This document shows positions 1 through 14,493 of a stretch of DNA of 64,000 nucleotides, one piece after another (the first letter of the stretch is position 1; each line of letters begins with the position of its first letter). The translations under genes were made by a program, and so were the position numbers. The notes under the pieces are model-generated. The model saw nothing but the letters and a program-made list of their open reading frames with translations. It was not told where the DNA came from and ran no database searches. Source of the stretch: the human T2T-CHM13v2.0 reference genome, Homo sapiens; NCBI RefSeq assembly GCF_009914755.1, contig NC_060934.1; one strand, written 5' to 3'.

Positions 1-2344
1 CTTGTGTCTCCATTCCTCTATTCAGGGAGGCAATTTTGGTTACCATCCAAAGTGGAAGAAGTAAGGATAAACAGGCTTGGAATGGATGAGAGAATGAGCT
101 GATCTGCTACCCTCAGGGCATTTGGCTGGTGGGAGAGCAGAGGTGACCTGACATAGCATTGGGATAAAAGGATCTGCAAAAAGGAGAATCAAGAGGAACT
201 GTGTGGCTGTGGGACAGTATCAGCAATTAGGTTAGAGAGGAGTCTAAGGTCTTTGGGCAGGAGTTCTAAGTGAAGCTGGGTAGCAGAGGACCAAAGGAAA
301 AGTTTAAGAAGGATGGAAATTATTGAAGGAATACAGTGCCTATTGCATGGCATTTTTCAGCTTGCTATTTGGGACAAGCGTAACTGCCTCATTCAGAAGG
401 CTGAAGTACTGCTGTGCTGATCTTTTCAGTTACTGAAACATTACATTACCAACTGATTTTTTATGTAAAACTGCTGTCACAGATTAAGGATGTTTCTCAA
501 AGGAAGCAGGAAAAAAAAAGGTAATATAAAATATTTTTTCTTTCCTTAAAGTTGGTTCTTAAACTTGTCCCCAAGAAACTTGAACTTTTCCTTAAGTATA
601 GTTTTAGTTACAGTAAATGTCAACTACATAACAAATATTTGAATACTGTGCAAAGTGTTGTGCGAGACAAAAAGAATGATTGAAGGAGATGAAGCCTAAT
701 GAGGAAAATTAGACCTCATGTGACAAATTAATGTGAGAGATGCCACAAAAAAATATAATAAATACTTAAGTAGCTGTTCAAGATGAGAATTCATGTGGAT
801 TTCAGAAAAGGAAGTAATCTCTGTTGCATAGTAGTTTGAAATGGTTTCAAGAAGGTGAAGAACTTCAGCTGAATCCTGTTGGATGGGAGCTAGCTGAACA
901 GTTGAACAAAGAGAAAAATACTTTATTTGTTTGCTGTAGCACATTTTATTCTCTTGTTAGAGAAGCAAGCTCAGGCACACCCGAAGATCACCTCTAGTGG
1001 TGTATCTGGTTAAATTCCAGGTGATATACCCATATTCTCAGCTGTGCCTCCCACCAACAGTTCCCAGTCTCACACATGGGGCCATTATATCTGCACAGCT
1101 GCCTGCTGTTGCAGTGAGGCAGAGTACATACCCACTGCAACCCCAACCAGTGACCATTCTGGGGATCTGGCAGAAACTGGCCAGGAAACCACCCCCTTGA
1201 GGAGGGGTGAGCCACTGTAACCCTAGCTTGAAGGGGTGTGAGAGACATTCTGAGTGGAGGAAACAGTATAGGTAAAATTGTGGAAACCAAAAATACCCAC
1301 ATTTGGGAGATACTTTTTGTTTTGGATTACTTTCTGGTAGGTAAGTGTGAGCCATTGAAAGTTTTAAAGTAAGGTAGTGATTTATTCGGGGGCGTTTTAG
1401 GAAGTTAATCTGGCAACAGGATGACAAGGCAGTTGGGAGTGTGAAACTGGCACTCTCAGATGGCCTGGATTTGGGGAATATTTGTTCTGGATATAATTTA
1501 AACAAATAACAGTATACAGTTTCCTCAGGGAGAAACTGATGAGAGTTGAGTAGTCAAGGATTGAATATGAGTATTCTCCCGATATTCATATTAAGAGTAT
1601 TAAGAATAGGAGAACTAAGGAAAGAAGAGTTTGGAGAACAGGGTAATATAATGTGCAACTTAGGAAGGAAAGTATTGTAAGAATGGGGTGCTTGCTGGTC
1701 GCAGCTGTCAAAGAAGAGTCAAGAAAAATTGACCTTGTAAAAAACTATTGGATTTGGAGCCTAAGAGTTCATTGGTGACCTTCAGGTGTGGTATTTTGGT
1801 GTAGAAAGATGGAACCTTGATTTATATGGATTAAATTGTGTATGATGAGGAAATAATATTTTAAACACTTGTTCAAGATGCTTGGCAGTTAAAGTGTTCT
1901 AGAGAGTGGAGATCAAGCAGTTTATTTTCTCAGTAGAGAGAGAGCTCTGCATATTGGAAGAAGGGAATGGATTAGTAACACTGATTTGAGATATTGGAGA
2001 AAGGATGATTGAATAAGGATAGAAGGGGGATGGTATCAAGACAAAAGTAGGTCAAGAAACCATTTTTTCCCCTTTCTTGGTCCTACTATCTGTCTGACTG
2101 ACTGTTCACCAATCCTATAGCAAAAGCCAGTGAATGAATGGGTAAAGGCAAGTGTTTAGATAGCCTTGAATGAGGAAGGAGAAATATGGTGTCAAAAGAT
2201 TGGATATGTCTGTGTATAGTGTATGTGTAAAGTAAATTAATTTTAGAATGTCATTAGAAATTAACTGTGTTGTATTACTCTCTTTGTATGACTAGCTTCA
2301 TAGTTTGAGGTCTTAGATTTAAGACTTTAATCTATTTTGATTTA

Positions 2345-2637
2345 ATTTTTTTTTTTTAAGACACAGTCTCACTCTGTCACCCAAGCTGGAGTGCAGTGGT
2401 ACAATCTCAGCTCATTACAACCTCTGCCTCCCGGATTCAGAAGCAATTATCCTGCCTCAGCCTCCCTAGTAGCCGGGACTACAGGTGGATGCCACTACAC
2501 CTGGCTGATTTTTGTATTTTTAGTAGAGATGGGGTTTAACCATGATGGCCAGGCTGGTCTCGAACTCCTGACCTCAAGTGATCCTCCCACCTCCACCTCC
2601 CAAAGTGCTGGGATTACAGACATGACCACGCCCAGCT
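2345..2637 (-). repeat. Alu (S-type)
   Basis: poly-T then antisense Alu dimer. Confidence 0.9.
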
Positions 2638-3189
2638 GAGTTTCCTCCCATTTTACTTCATGTATCACACTGCTGCCAGATTAATCTTCCTAAAGCATAG
2701 TTTCAGTTCCATTAGTTTCTTGACCCAAGACCTTCATGGTTGCAAGTTCATTAAAAGGTCTCCACGGTAGGGTTCCAGCTACTTCTGTAGCTGTATCTCC
2801 CACTCTTCTCTTAAGTGTACCCTGAATTGCAACCAAACTGTTATTCATTTCCCTAAATATACTCTCCCTTCTCTTATTGTTGTGTTCTTGTTTTCCTTCT
2901 TCCGGGTATTTCTTCCCCTTTCCCTTTCACCACCTAATCTCCACCAGTGTTAAAATTATTTTCTACCACTAAGATCCATCTCATACACCATTTATTTTAT
3001 GAAGCCTTTTCAGTATTACATAGTTGGGGATATAATATTCGCTCCTTTCTTTCATAATCCTCAAAGCACTTTGTACTTTTTTTCCTGCCATGTATCTTAT
3101 TGTACTTGACTTACCTGCTCCCTTCAACCCCAGTAGCAAGTTCCTTAAGAGTAGAGATTAGGCATCTCTTGTAGTCCTAGCATAGGTCA

Positions 3190-3660
3190 CTTTTATTTTT
3201 ATTTTTGCAATTTTAGAAAAAGTATTATTTTAATTGACAGATAAATGTACATTATTATGGGAGTAGTGTGATATTTTCATACACATATACAATGTAATGA
3301 TCATATTAGCATATTATTCACCTTAAACATTTATCATTTCTTTGTGTTGGGAACATTCAAAATGCCTCTCTTCTGGCTATTTGAAAATATACGGTAAATT
3401 GTTGTTTAGTCACTCTGCAGTGCCACAGAACACTAGAACTTGTTTCTTCTATTTAGCTGTAAATAGACGGTTAACCAGCCTCCCCCATCCCTCTTGCTTT
3501 TCCTACCCTTCCCAGCTGCTAGTAACCACTTATTCTACTCTTGACTTCTCTGAGATCGACTTTTTAGCTTCCATTTATGAGTGAGAATATGCGGCATTTA
3601 TCTTTCTGTGTCTGGCTTATTTCACCATAATGTCTTTCCGGGGCTCATTTATGTTAGTGT
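3190..3660 (-). mobile_element. L1MA-type 3' fragment
   Basis: atcatttctttgtgttgggaacattc...tatgagtgagaatatgcggcatttatctttctgtgtctggcttatttcac. Confidence 0.75.
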
Positions 3661-3761
3661 AGGTCTTCATTCATAGCATCTGCTCAGTACGTTTATTGAC
3701 TTAAACTTGTACATACGAGGAAAAGCATTTGAGAATAACCATTGTATTTTTGTTATTTCAG

Positions 3762-3885
3762 GCTAGATCGCCTTTTTATTTTACTGGATACTGGCACTAC
3801 TCCTGTTACAAGAAAAGCTGCTGCACAGCAACTTGGAGAAGTGGTGAAGCTTCATCCCCATGAACTAAATAATCTCCTGTCTAAA
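3762..3885 (+). CDS. BTAF1: BTAF1 exon 2 (124 nt; (R)LDRLFILL...NNLLSK)
   Basis: ttcag|GCTAGATCG ... TCTAAA|gtaaga; matches Mot1/BTAF1 N-terminus. Confidence 0.96.
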
Positions 3886-5144
3886 GTAAGAACTTTTTTT
3901 TTTCTTTTAGCATAATACAATTGTAGAGACTTATTCATGGATAGGAACACAAAAATAAAGGTAAACATCATCTTAATTTTTAAACATTTTTGCTATTTCT
4001 TTTTTTTTTCTGGTCACAAGACTTAAACTTTTTTTTTTTTTAATCAAGTTTAGTAGCTTAAGGGATTTGAGTATAGATCGTTTTGCCTGTGGCACAAATT
4101 TGAATCTGTCCCAGTTTGGTAATAAACTAAGTTGTTTATCTGGTTTGTTAGTAGTCTAACTTGTTCTTAATGACTAATAATTATATCATAGTTGGTAGTC
4201 TTCAAATGGATGAGTACTCATGGGCAATGATTGAAATACATGAGAAGCTGGAGTCTTGTTACATTCTAAGTTATCAGCTGTTTGAAAATGGAGGCTTTCT
4301 GCTTTGGTGTATCAGTGTTTTCATAATCCTAGTCCATTTTCTTCCCTTAAGCAACTGCTGTATTTTTACTAAACTCTGTATGCGTATTGAAGTGTACCTG
4401 TATGGTAATAAGTGGCAAATTCTACACATTTAATTTCCTGATGTGCAGAGTAAAGCAGGAGTGCTTTGTATAGGAGGAGGGGAGTTGGGGAGGTAGATAC
4501 AGGATAGGGTAGGGGAGCAATATGATTGCCCAGATATGGGGAGCAATATGATTGCCCAGATATAGGGAGCCTCAGGATCTCTCTCTCTTTTCAGTTTGAC
4601 CCCCTTTTTTCATTCTCATCTGCCCATCTCTGTTGAGTATGAGTGGGAGTTCTAAGCCCTTTCTCAGCATACACATCTGTACTGTGTGGTTGCTACCACA
4701 AGGACTAACAGTGACTCTCTTTCCAACATAATTCCCACTTAGATATTATCAGAACTTTCTAACTAGGATGTAGATGGAGAGACAGTGATTTGATACCTAC
4801 AGGCTCCACGTTCTTAGAATGAAGAAGGATGCATATTAGGCAGTATTCGTGTGTAAGTTGGTGACAGAGAGAGGCAACACCTTTCTTCTCCTTAGCCCAG
4901 GGGAAGAAATGGAGGACTGAATGACCTGAAACTGTGAAACAATGAACAGGCCTCATCTGTGCTGAACTGAGAAAAGTTTTCCAGCCTTCCCAGTGAGTTC
5001 TGGTCTTCTTCACTCAGACCTCAGCATATTGGCTACCATCAAATCATTCCCAAAGAGGCGAAGTTTGCCTTTAGCACTGTCTCACCGTCTTTCCTTTTTC
5101 CTCGGCTGTCAGCGTTTTCCTGTTGCCCATTGGTTTTGTTTTCT

Positions 5145-5423
<279 letters not shown>

Positions 5424-6180
5424 GGTTTTGTTTCTTAAACAGCTTTATTAAAATATAATTTACATACCATGAGTTTCAATTTAGTGGTATTTAGTATATT
5501 AACATGGTGTACAGCAGCCATCACCGTACTCTAATTTTAAAACATTTTATCACCACAAAAAGAAACCTCATACCTACTAGCAGTCACTCTTCAATACTCC
5601 TTCACTCATGCCCAGATCCTCGACAACCACTAAACTAACTTTATAGGAAGATTTGCCTATCCTGAACATTTTATATAAAATGAATTGTAATCTATTGTGA
5701 TCGATTTCTTTTGCTCAAAATAATGTTTTTATATTGTAGCATGTATATTCATTCTTATTGCCAAATAATATTCCATTGTGTGGATATACATGTGTACATC
5801 TTACTGATTTTTTGGTTGATGAATATTTGGGTTGTTTTCACTTTTTGGCTACTGTATTATGAAAAATGCTGCTATGAAAATTTGTGTACAAAATTTTGGA
5901 GGTTTTTTTTCCATTCTCCAGAGTATATATATACCTGAGAGTAGAATTACTGTACCATATGGTAACTTTATGAGGAACTGCCAAACTATTTTCCAAAATG
6001 GTCCCATTATTTACGTTTTCAACAGTAGTGTATGAGAACTTAGATTGTCCACATCCTTGTCAATACTTCTTGACTGACTTTGATTATAGCCATCCTGCTG
6101 GATATGAAGGGGTTTGATTTGCATTTCCCTGATGACTAATGATATCAGGCATATGTATTTATTATTCATTTGTATGTCTT

Positions 6181-6213
6181 CACTTGATCTTAGCCAAAAA
6201 GCAGAGAAGCAAT
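6181..6213 (-). pseudogene. 3'-truncated (tailless) U2 snRNA retrocopy, U2 nt 1-33
   Basis: Reverse complement ATTGCTTCTCTGCTTTTTGGCTAAGATCAAGTG vs U2 5' end ATCGCTTCTCGGCCTTTTGGCTAAGATCAAGTG (30/33); flanked by direct repeats catttgtat(g/a)tcttc at 6167-6181 and 6215-6229. Confidence 0.92.
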
Positions 6214-6831
6214 ACATTTGTATATCTTCTTTGGAGAAATGTCTACTCAGATCCCTTGCCCATTTTAAAATTGGGTTATCATTTTATTATGAGTTGCGAA
6301 AGTTCTTCATATGGTATAGTTCTTCATATACAAGGTATCCAAACTATACAAAGGTATATGATTAGGAAATAGATATTTGATTTGGAAATATACTCTTCTA
6401 TGAGCTGTCTTTTTACTTTCTTGAACATCACTTCTGCTTTTGGTGTCATATCTAAGAAACCATTGCCTAATCCAAGGTGACAAAGATTTACCCCTAAGTT
6501 CTCCTCTAAGAGTTTTATAGTTTTAGCTCTTACTTTTGGGTTCTGTGGTCAGTTTTTTAGTTAATTTTTGTGTATGTTAATGAGCTGGGTGTTCAACATC
6601 ATTCTTTTACATGTGGCTTTCCAGTTATCCCACCACCGTTTGTTGAAAAGACTATTATTTCTCCATTGAATTGTCTCAACACCTTTGTTGAAAATCAGTT
6701 GACCATAGACACAGGTTATTTATGAACTCTTAATTCTGTGCCACTGATTCGTATGTCTATCATTTTGCCAGTACCACACTGTCTTGATTACTGTTGCTTT
6801 GTAGAAAGTTTTGAAGTCAAGAAGTGTATGT

Positions 6832-7010
6832 TGCCAAGTATGGTGGTACATGCCCATAGGCACAGCTACTCAAGAGACTGAGACAGGAGAATTGTCTGAG
6901 GGCAGGAGTTTGAGGCTGCAGTGTGCTATGATTGCACCTGTGACTAAGACACTGCATTTCAGTCTGGGTAACACTGAGACCCCATCTCTAAAAAATAAAA
7001 ATAAAAAAAG
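6832..7010 (+). repeat. Alu right monomer (FRAM/AluJ-like) inside L1
   Basis: gccaagtatggtggtacatgcc...gagaccccatctctaaaaa. Confidence 0.8.
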
Positions 7011-7574
7011 TGTGAGTCTACTAAATTTTTTTTTCAAGATTGCTTTGGTAATTCTGAGTCCCTTGCATTTGCATATACATTTTAGGATCAGCTTTTCCAT
7101 TTCTGCAAAAAAAAAAAAAGGGGGGGGGGATTTTGATAGGAATTGTGTTGAATCTCTTGATTAATTTATAGTATATTACTGTTGTAACAATCTGAAGTCT
7201 TTGAATCCATGAACACAAGGTGTCTATTTAGATCTTTAATTTCTTCAACAATATTTTTAGTGTTTTTTAGCTTTCATTGTACAAGTCATACACTGCTTCT
7301 GATAAATTTATTCTTAAGTATTTTCTACATTCTGATGCTACTGTAAATGGCATGGTTTTCTTAATTTCATTTTCAGATTGTTTAATGTGTGGAAATACAA
7401 TTGATTTTGTGTATTGATCTTATATCTTACAACCATACTAAACTTGAGATTTTATAACTTTCAATTCTTTGTATTAAGTAATGGGACTTAATGAATAATA
7501 TGTATTTTGCTTTTTAGTATGTAAAATGGGTGTTATTTTTAAAATGCACTTAAACATTCTTTTATTACAAGTTT

Positions 7575-7877
<303 letters not shown>

Positions 7878-8081
7878 TAAATCCCCTTTTTAAGGTGGTA
7901 GTGATTTTTCTCTGAATGATAGAATCTTGTAAATGAATTTAATAATTCTAAGGTGTTTTATATGTATTTGGATGGCTGCCAAATTACACATTAATAACAA
8001 GTAAATTTGTATTTCTCTGTTCTGGCTACCTTGCGCAAACAATATTTTTGTATACGTAACTTTTATTTTATAATTTTTAAG

Positions 8082-8196
8082 GTGTTGATATATTTAAGGA
8101 GTGCAAATTGGGATACCCGGATTGCAGCAGGACAAGCTGTTGAAGCTATAGTGAAAAATGTACCTGAGTGGAATCCAGTGCCGAGAACCAGACAAG
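8082..8196 (+). CDS. BTAF1: BTAF1 exon 3 (115 nt; [13 protein letters not shown]...PRTRQ)
   Basis: taag|GTGTTG ... CAAG|gtgctt; frame continuous with exons 2 and 4. Confidence 0.95.
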
Positions 8197-8774
8197 GTGC
8201 TTTTAAGTGGAGAAAGTAGTTTTAAGTAAAAACCTAACTGTAGAATTAATTATAATATGCGTTTTGTATTTTAATAATTTCAATTTTAAAGTCTTAATTT
8301 CCATGCTTTTAGGTACAGCTTTGTCAGGAAATGATACTGAATAAGGTGATTTTTCACCACATTAAAAAAAAAAAACTACTGGATATAGAAAATGTTTTTG
8401 TATACATTTTAAATTACAAATTCTACAGTATGCTTGATTTACAAGGGTTATTACTTCCCTTCAAGTAATTGACATTCTAAAAAAAGTTAAATCAGTACAG
8501 TGTAAATATTTGAAAGTCTTTTTTTCTTGTTGCTGGGAGAATAGTATAGGGTAGTTATTTTCTACATTTAAGCACAATTATATATGGATATTTGGAATGT
8601 GAAGTCTTGTTTTTTATGTGCCCTTTTTTGGATTTTTTGTAGTGGGAAAAAATGTGTTCTGATTGCCTGTAATGACATTTAAAAACAAATTACATGCTTT
8701 TGAAAAGCTGGAAAGCTGCACATTTTAATTAAATCAAAATTTAATGGTACAACTAGATTCGTTTTCAACTGACT

Positions 8775-9140
8775 TTTATTTTATTTTATTATTTTGTTTT
8801 ATTTTATTTATTTTATTTTATTTTATTTTTTCGAGACAGAGTCTCACTGTGTCACCCAGGCTGGAGTGCAGTGGTGCAGTTTTGGCTCACTGCAGCTTCC
8901 GCCTCCTGGGTTCAAGCAATTCTTGTGCCTCAACCTCCCAAGTAGCTGCGATTACAGTTGTGCACCACCATGCTCAGCTAATTTTGTATTTTTAGTACAG
9001 ATTGGGTTTTGCTTTGTTGGCCAGGCTCGGGGGGGTGGGGTTTGAATCCCTGGCCTCAAGCATGATTTAGCCTCAAGCTGAGGCCCACGTCAGCCTCCCA
9101 AAGTGCTGGGATTAGAGGCATGAGCCACTGTGCCCGGCCT
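8775..9140 (-). repeat. Alu with (TTTTA)n tail and internal G-rich insert
   Basis: antisense Alu; pentanucleotide tail at 8775-8830. Confidence 0.88.
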
Positions 9141-10122
9141 CAACTCCCTTTAATAACATCACTTTTATCATAAGTCTTAGCTTGCCTAATACTGTTGCTT
9201 TATATTTGCTGATACCTGTTATTTTGAGTTATTTTGTTAATTTGTCTTCTCTCATTAAATGAAATGTGTGACTAGAGAAGTTATAACTTGTTTTAGAAAA
9301 GAGCCTTTTCCTTTTCAGCTTGTTATCCCCACTTAGTTTGGTATGTAAAGATGGTACAACTTAGTTCCGTTTTTAAAAGACTTAATTTTTTTAAAAAACT
9401 CGCATTAAGCTAGCATTAAATTTTTAACTAGCTTTAAAATTTTTACTAAATGAATTTGCTTATCATCACTAGAAAACTTAAAATACTAATAGAAATTCCT
9501 TTTAAGTTAAGCAGTTATACTTTAGTTTACAGATGAATTTCATGCAGATGCCAGCTAAACAAACTATTAAGTCAGTAAGTAATTATATTTTAACATGTAT
9601 AACTTACAGCTTTTTGAGGAAGGAATACAGAACATTTTATAGATGTTTTTAGACCTCACATGGATATGTGATTTTAGCAAGTTACCAGGAGATTCTTATT
9701 TGCCCAGAGTATGAGAACTGAGTCCTGTTGAGTGCATAGTTGCTTTGTGGCTCAGCCTGTTCCTCAGGTATGGGGAGGGATGATTCTTATTAGCCTTATT
9801 CATGAATACATTCTGCGAATATTTTTGTCTTCTAACTGAGCACTATAATAAACTCATGCTGTTACCTTAGTATTTTTAAACTCTTAACAGTAAGTAGAGA
9901 CAGCATGATATTTAACATATACATTTTAACATGGGAATGCAATTTCTTTATATAAATAACATTTTGCTTTTGTGGTTGGACACAGTTACACATATACTCA
10001 CTAACATCTGATGGTCTGTGGAAAAGGAACCACCAACTTATTCACAGATAACTAAGAACTGATCATAAACCCACAGTAGCTTTTCTACTTACTACACTTT
10101 TACTTTTCTCAAAATATTACTA

Positions 10123-10449
10123 TCCGGGTACAGTGGCTTACGCCTGTAAATTCCAGCACTTTGGGAAGTTGAGGCAGGAGGGGATTGCCTGAGCCCCAGA
10201 GTTTGAGACCAGCCTGGGGCAAGATGGTGAGACCCTTGTCTCTACAAAAATAAATAAAAAACACTTAGCTAGGCATGGTTGTGTGCACCTGTAGTCCTAG
10301 CTACTCTGGAGGCTGAGGCAGAAGAAGTCCTTGATCCCAGGAGTTTGAGGATACAGTGAGCTGTGATTATGCCACTACATTGCAGCCTGGGCAACAGAGC
10401 AAGACCTCACTTCTTAAAAAAAAAAGTTTGTGTGTGTGTGTGTGTGTGT
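10123..10449 (+). repeat. AluJ followed by (TG)n
   Basis: sense Alu dimer; TG run at ~10428-10449, ~90 nt upstream of exon 4. Confidence 0.88.
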
Positions 10450-10539
10450 AACCCATGCAACCCAAGTAATGATATGCTATTTTCTTTCATTCCACACTTT
10501 GGCTATATGGTCAAATTAATATTTTTAAACCTCATGTAG

Positions 10540-10686
10540 AACCTACTTCCGAAAGTTCTATGGAAGATTCACCTACTACAGAGCGATTGAATTTTGACAG
10601 ATTTGATATATGTAGATTGTTACAACATGGTGCATCACTCCTGGGATCTGCTGGTGCCGAATTTGAAGTCCAAGATGAAAAATCAG
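10540..10686 (+). CDS. BTAF1: BTAF1 exon 4 (147 nt; EPTSESSMED...QDEKS)
   Basis: tgtag|AACCTACT ... TCAG|gtctgt; phase 1-1. Confidence 0.95.
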
Positions 10687-11154
10687 GTCTGTAGTGGTTC
10701 TGAGAAGAAAGTCTAAAATTTGTTTTTTCAGACTAATTTGTCACTGTGGTATGCTGTTCATTAGTCACACGTAAACTAACATGTCATGAAATGTAAATTA
10801 ACTGAAGTTTGCAGGTGGCGGGGGATGCTATGAATGGGAGGTAACCCAGCAGTATTTGGTTTAAAGCTACAATATGAGTATTTTTTCTCCTTTAAGTGAA
10901 TATGTGCATCATTAGTTGATACATATTAATATTTCAGCAACAATTTTATTATGTAGTATGGAAATTATAAAGTGTTCCCCAAGAGCCCCAGTTTAATATA
11001 TTATAAAATCAGGATTAGTATAGATCGTGGTAGTGTTTTCACAATTCTGGAAATTTGAGAGATTGATTGTTTTGTTTTTATCACATATTTCTGATATTAT
11101 TGGGTTTACTCATGCTGGTGTCCAACGCAAAAACTAAGAGTGAAAAATAAGACT

Positions 11155-11523
<369 letters not shown>

Positions 11524-11940
11524 TCAAGATAATGGCCTGGAGTGGGGAAAAAACCTTGATGTTTTAAATGGATTTTTGTAAGTAAATAATTTGCATTTTT
11601 GAGTAAAAAACAAAACAGAATAACACTCTGTTGCTAATTAATCGTCATTTAGAGGCTTATTAATATATTCACTTTTTTATCATAAAAAATGTCAAATACT
11701 CATTTCATCTTGTTTAGTATGGTTTCTATTAAAAGATCTAGTTATTTTTGCAGAGAATTAAGAGGATAATTTGCTTAAGTTTTGGAAAAGCATAGTTTTT
11801 CTAATAATGGAGGTAAAACTCTTCAAAATCTTTTCATTTATATCACTAAATAGTAAGTTTACTAACTTTACTAGTGTATTCATGGACATTATCAGAGATC
11901 AAAATTATATATATTTTGGTTTTGCCATATTCTTATTTCA

Positions 11941-12372
<432 letters not shown>

Positions 12373-12920
12373 TCACAGCTTGCTGAACAGTGCTTGTTTA
12401 AAACCCTGTAGTTAGGTTTTCTTTAAATGTTGATCTGTGTTTGTCCCCTCATATATATTAATGACACCATATATGATTAGTATACATACTGGTCTGGGTT
12501 TCCTTTGCAGCTGGTTGTGTAGATTATTTCCCCCAATAGGGCTTCGCCTGGAATGAGAGGACCAATTTTAGGCTCTGTGTAAGTGTATTGGGGTTGTGAT
12601 CAAGCAGTCTTTTGGATGCCTAGTGTTTTTCCCTCCTGGGTAGACCAATCTTTAAAAAAATTTTCAAGCAGCTTTATTGAGATATAATTTATACATTATA
12701 CAATTCATCATTTAAAGTATACAATTCAGTGGTTTTTAGTATACTCACAGGTATGTGTAACTATCACCACAATTTTAGAACATTTTCGTCACTTTAAGAA
12801 GAAACCCCATATCCTTAGCTATCACCCTTTTATCCTCTTACTTCCTTCCCTCCTCTTCCCAGCAACCATGAGTCTACTTTTGGTCTCTTTAGATTTGCTT
12901 ATTCTCAACATTTTATATTT

Positions 12921-13256
12921 GGTCACATACCACATAACAGCATTTAAGTCAGCAACAGACTAGGACTGCATATACAGTTGTGGTCCCATAAAATTATATT
13001 ACTGTATTTTTACTGTACCTTTTCTATGTTTAGATATATGAATACTTACCATTGCGTTACAGTTGCCTACAGTATTTAGTAACATGCTATACAGGTTTGT
13101 AGCCTAGGAGCAACAGGCTATACCATACAGTGTAGCTGTGTTGTAGGCTTTATGATCTAGGTTTCTGTAAGCACACTGTGATGTTGACAACAACCACAAA
13201 ATCACTGAATGACACATTTCTCGGAATGTACTCATCATTAAATGGCATGTGGCTGG
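12921..13256 (+). mobile_element. Tigger3a (MER7A) inserted in an L1MB element
   Basis: Same internal motifs as the 30215 copy (tggtcccata, gtttgtagcctaggagcaa). Confidence 0.8.
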
Positions 13257-14237
13257 TAAATTGAATCATACAATATGTGGTCTTTTGTGGTGGTTTTTTT
13301 TTTACCTAAGAGAATATTTTCAAGGTTCATCTATATGACAGCGTATATCAGTACTTTTTTTTCTTTTCTAAATTTTATTACTGTTAAGGGATGTATCAGG
13401 TTTTTTAAATTGTGGTAAAATATATATAACAAAAAATTTACCATCCTTAACCGTTTTTAAAACTTAAGTTTAGTAATGTTAAGTACAGTCACATTGTTGT
13501 GCAGCCAGTCTCCAGAAGTCTTCATCATGCAAAACTGAAACTACCTATTAAACGTCAAATCCCCATTTCCCCCTTTCCCCAGCCCCTGGCAACCACCATT
13601 CTTTCTGTCTCCATGAATTTGACTACTCTAGATGCCTCATGTAAGTGAATCCTACAGTGTTTGTCTTCTTGTGATGGGCTTATTTCACTTAACTTGATGT
13701 CCTCAAGGTTCATCTGTGTTGTAGTATGGGACAGAATTTCCTTTCTTTTTAAGGCTGAATAATAGTCCATTGTATGTATATAAATTTTGTTTATCCATTC
13801 ATCCATCAGTGGACACAGGCTTATTCCACATTTTGACTGTTGTGAATAATGCTACTGTGAACATGGATGTACAGATATCTGTTTGAGTTACTGCTTTCAG
13901 TTCTTTGGGGTATATACCCAGAAGTAAATGGCTGGATCAGATGGTCATTCTATTTTTAATTTTTTGAGGAGCTGCCATTCAGTTTTCCCTAACAGCTGCA
14001 TCATTTTACATTTCTACCAACAGTACACAAGGGTTCCAATTTCTCTACATCCTTGCCAACTCTTGTTATTTTCTGTTTTTTGATAGTTGCCATCCTAATG
14101 GATATGATGTGGTAGTATTTCATTTTATGGCCAAATAATATTCCATTGTATGAATACCACAATTTGTAAAAGCCTTTCATTAGTTGATGGACATTTGGGT
14201 TGTTTCTACCTTTTATCTGTTTTGAAAAATACTGCTG

Positions 14238-14493
14238 GGAGGCAAAGGCGGGTGATCACCTGAGGTCAGGAGTTTGAGACCAGCCTGACCAACATGGAGA
14301 AACCCCATTTCTACTAAAAATACAAAAATTAGCCAGGCGTGGTGACGCATGCCTGTAATCCCAGCTACTTGGGAGGCTGAGGCAGGAGAATCGCTTCAAC
14401 CTGGGAGGCAGAGATTGCGGTGACCCAAGATCGCGCCATTGCACTTCAGCCTGGGCAACAAGAGTGAAACTCTGTCTAAAAAAAAGAAAGAAA
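14238..14493 (+). repeat. 5'-truncated AluSp-like in L1
   Basis: TSD gaaaaatactgctg at 14224-14237 and 14494-14507. Confidence 0.9.

Larger units (their letters stand above)
5440..7450 (-). mobile_element. L1MB-type fragment (hosts the U2 retrocopy and an Alu monomer)
   Basis: cagctttatt 3' end, then antisense ORF2-like text (ttgcatttccctgatgactaatgat; ttgaaaatcagttgacc). Confidence 0.8.

Noticed and set aside
1038-1505. 155-aa minus-strand ORF
   Set aside because: Non-ATG start, no recognisable domain, no splice or promoter support, overlaps likely repeat-derived sequence
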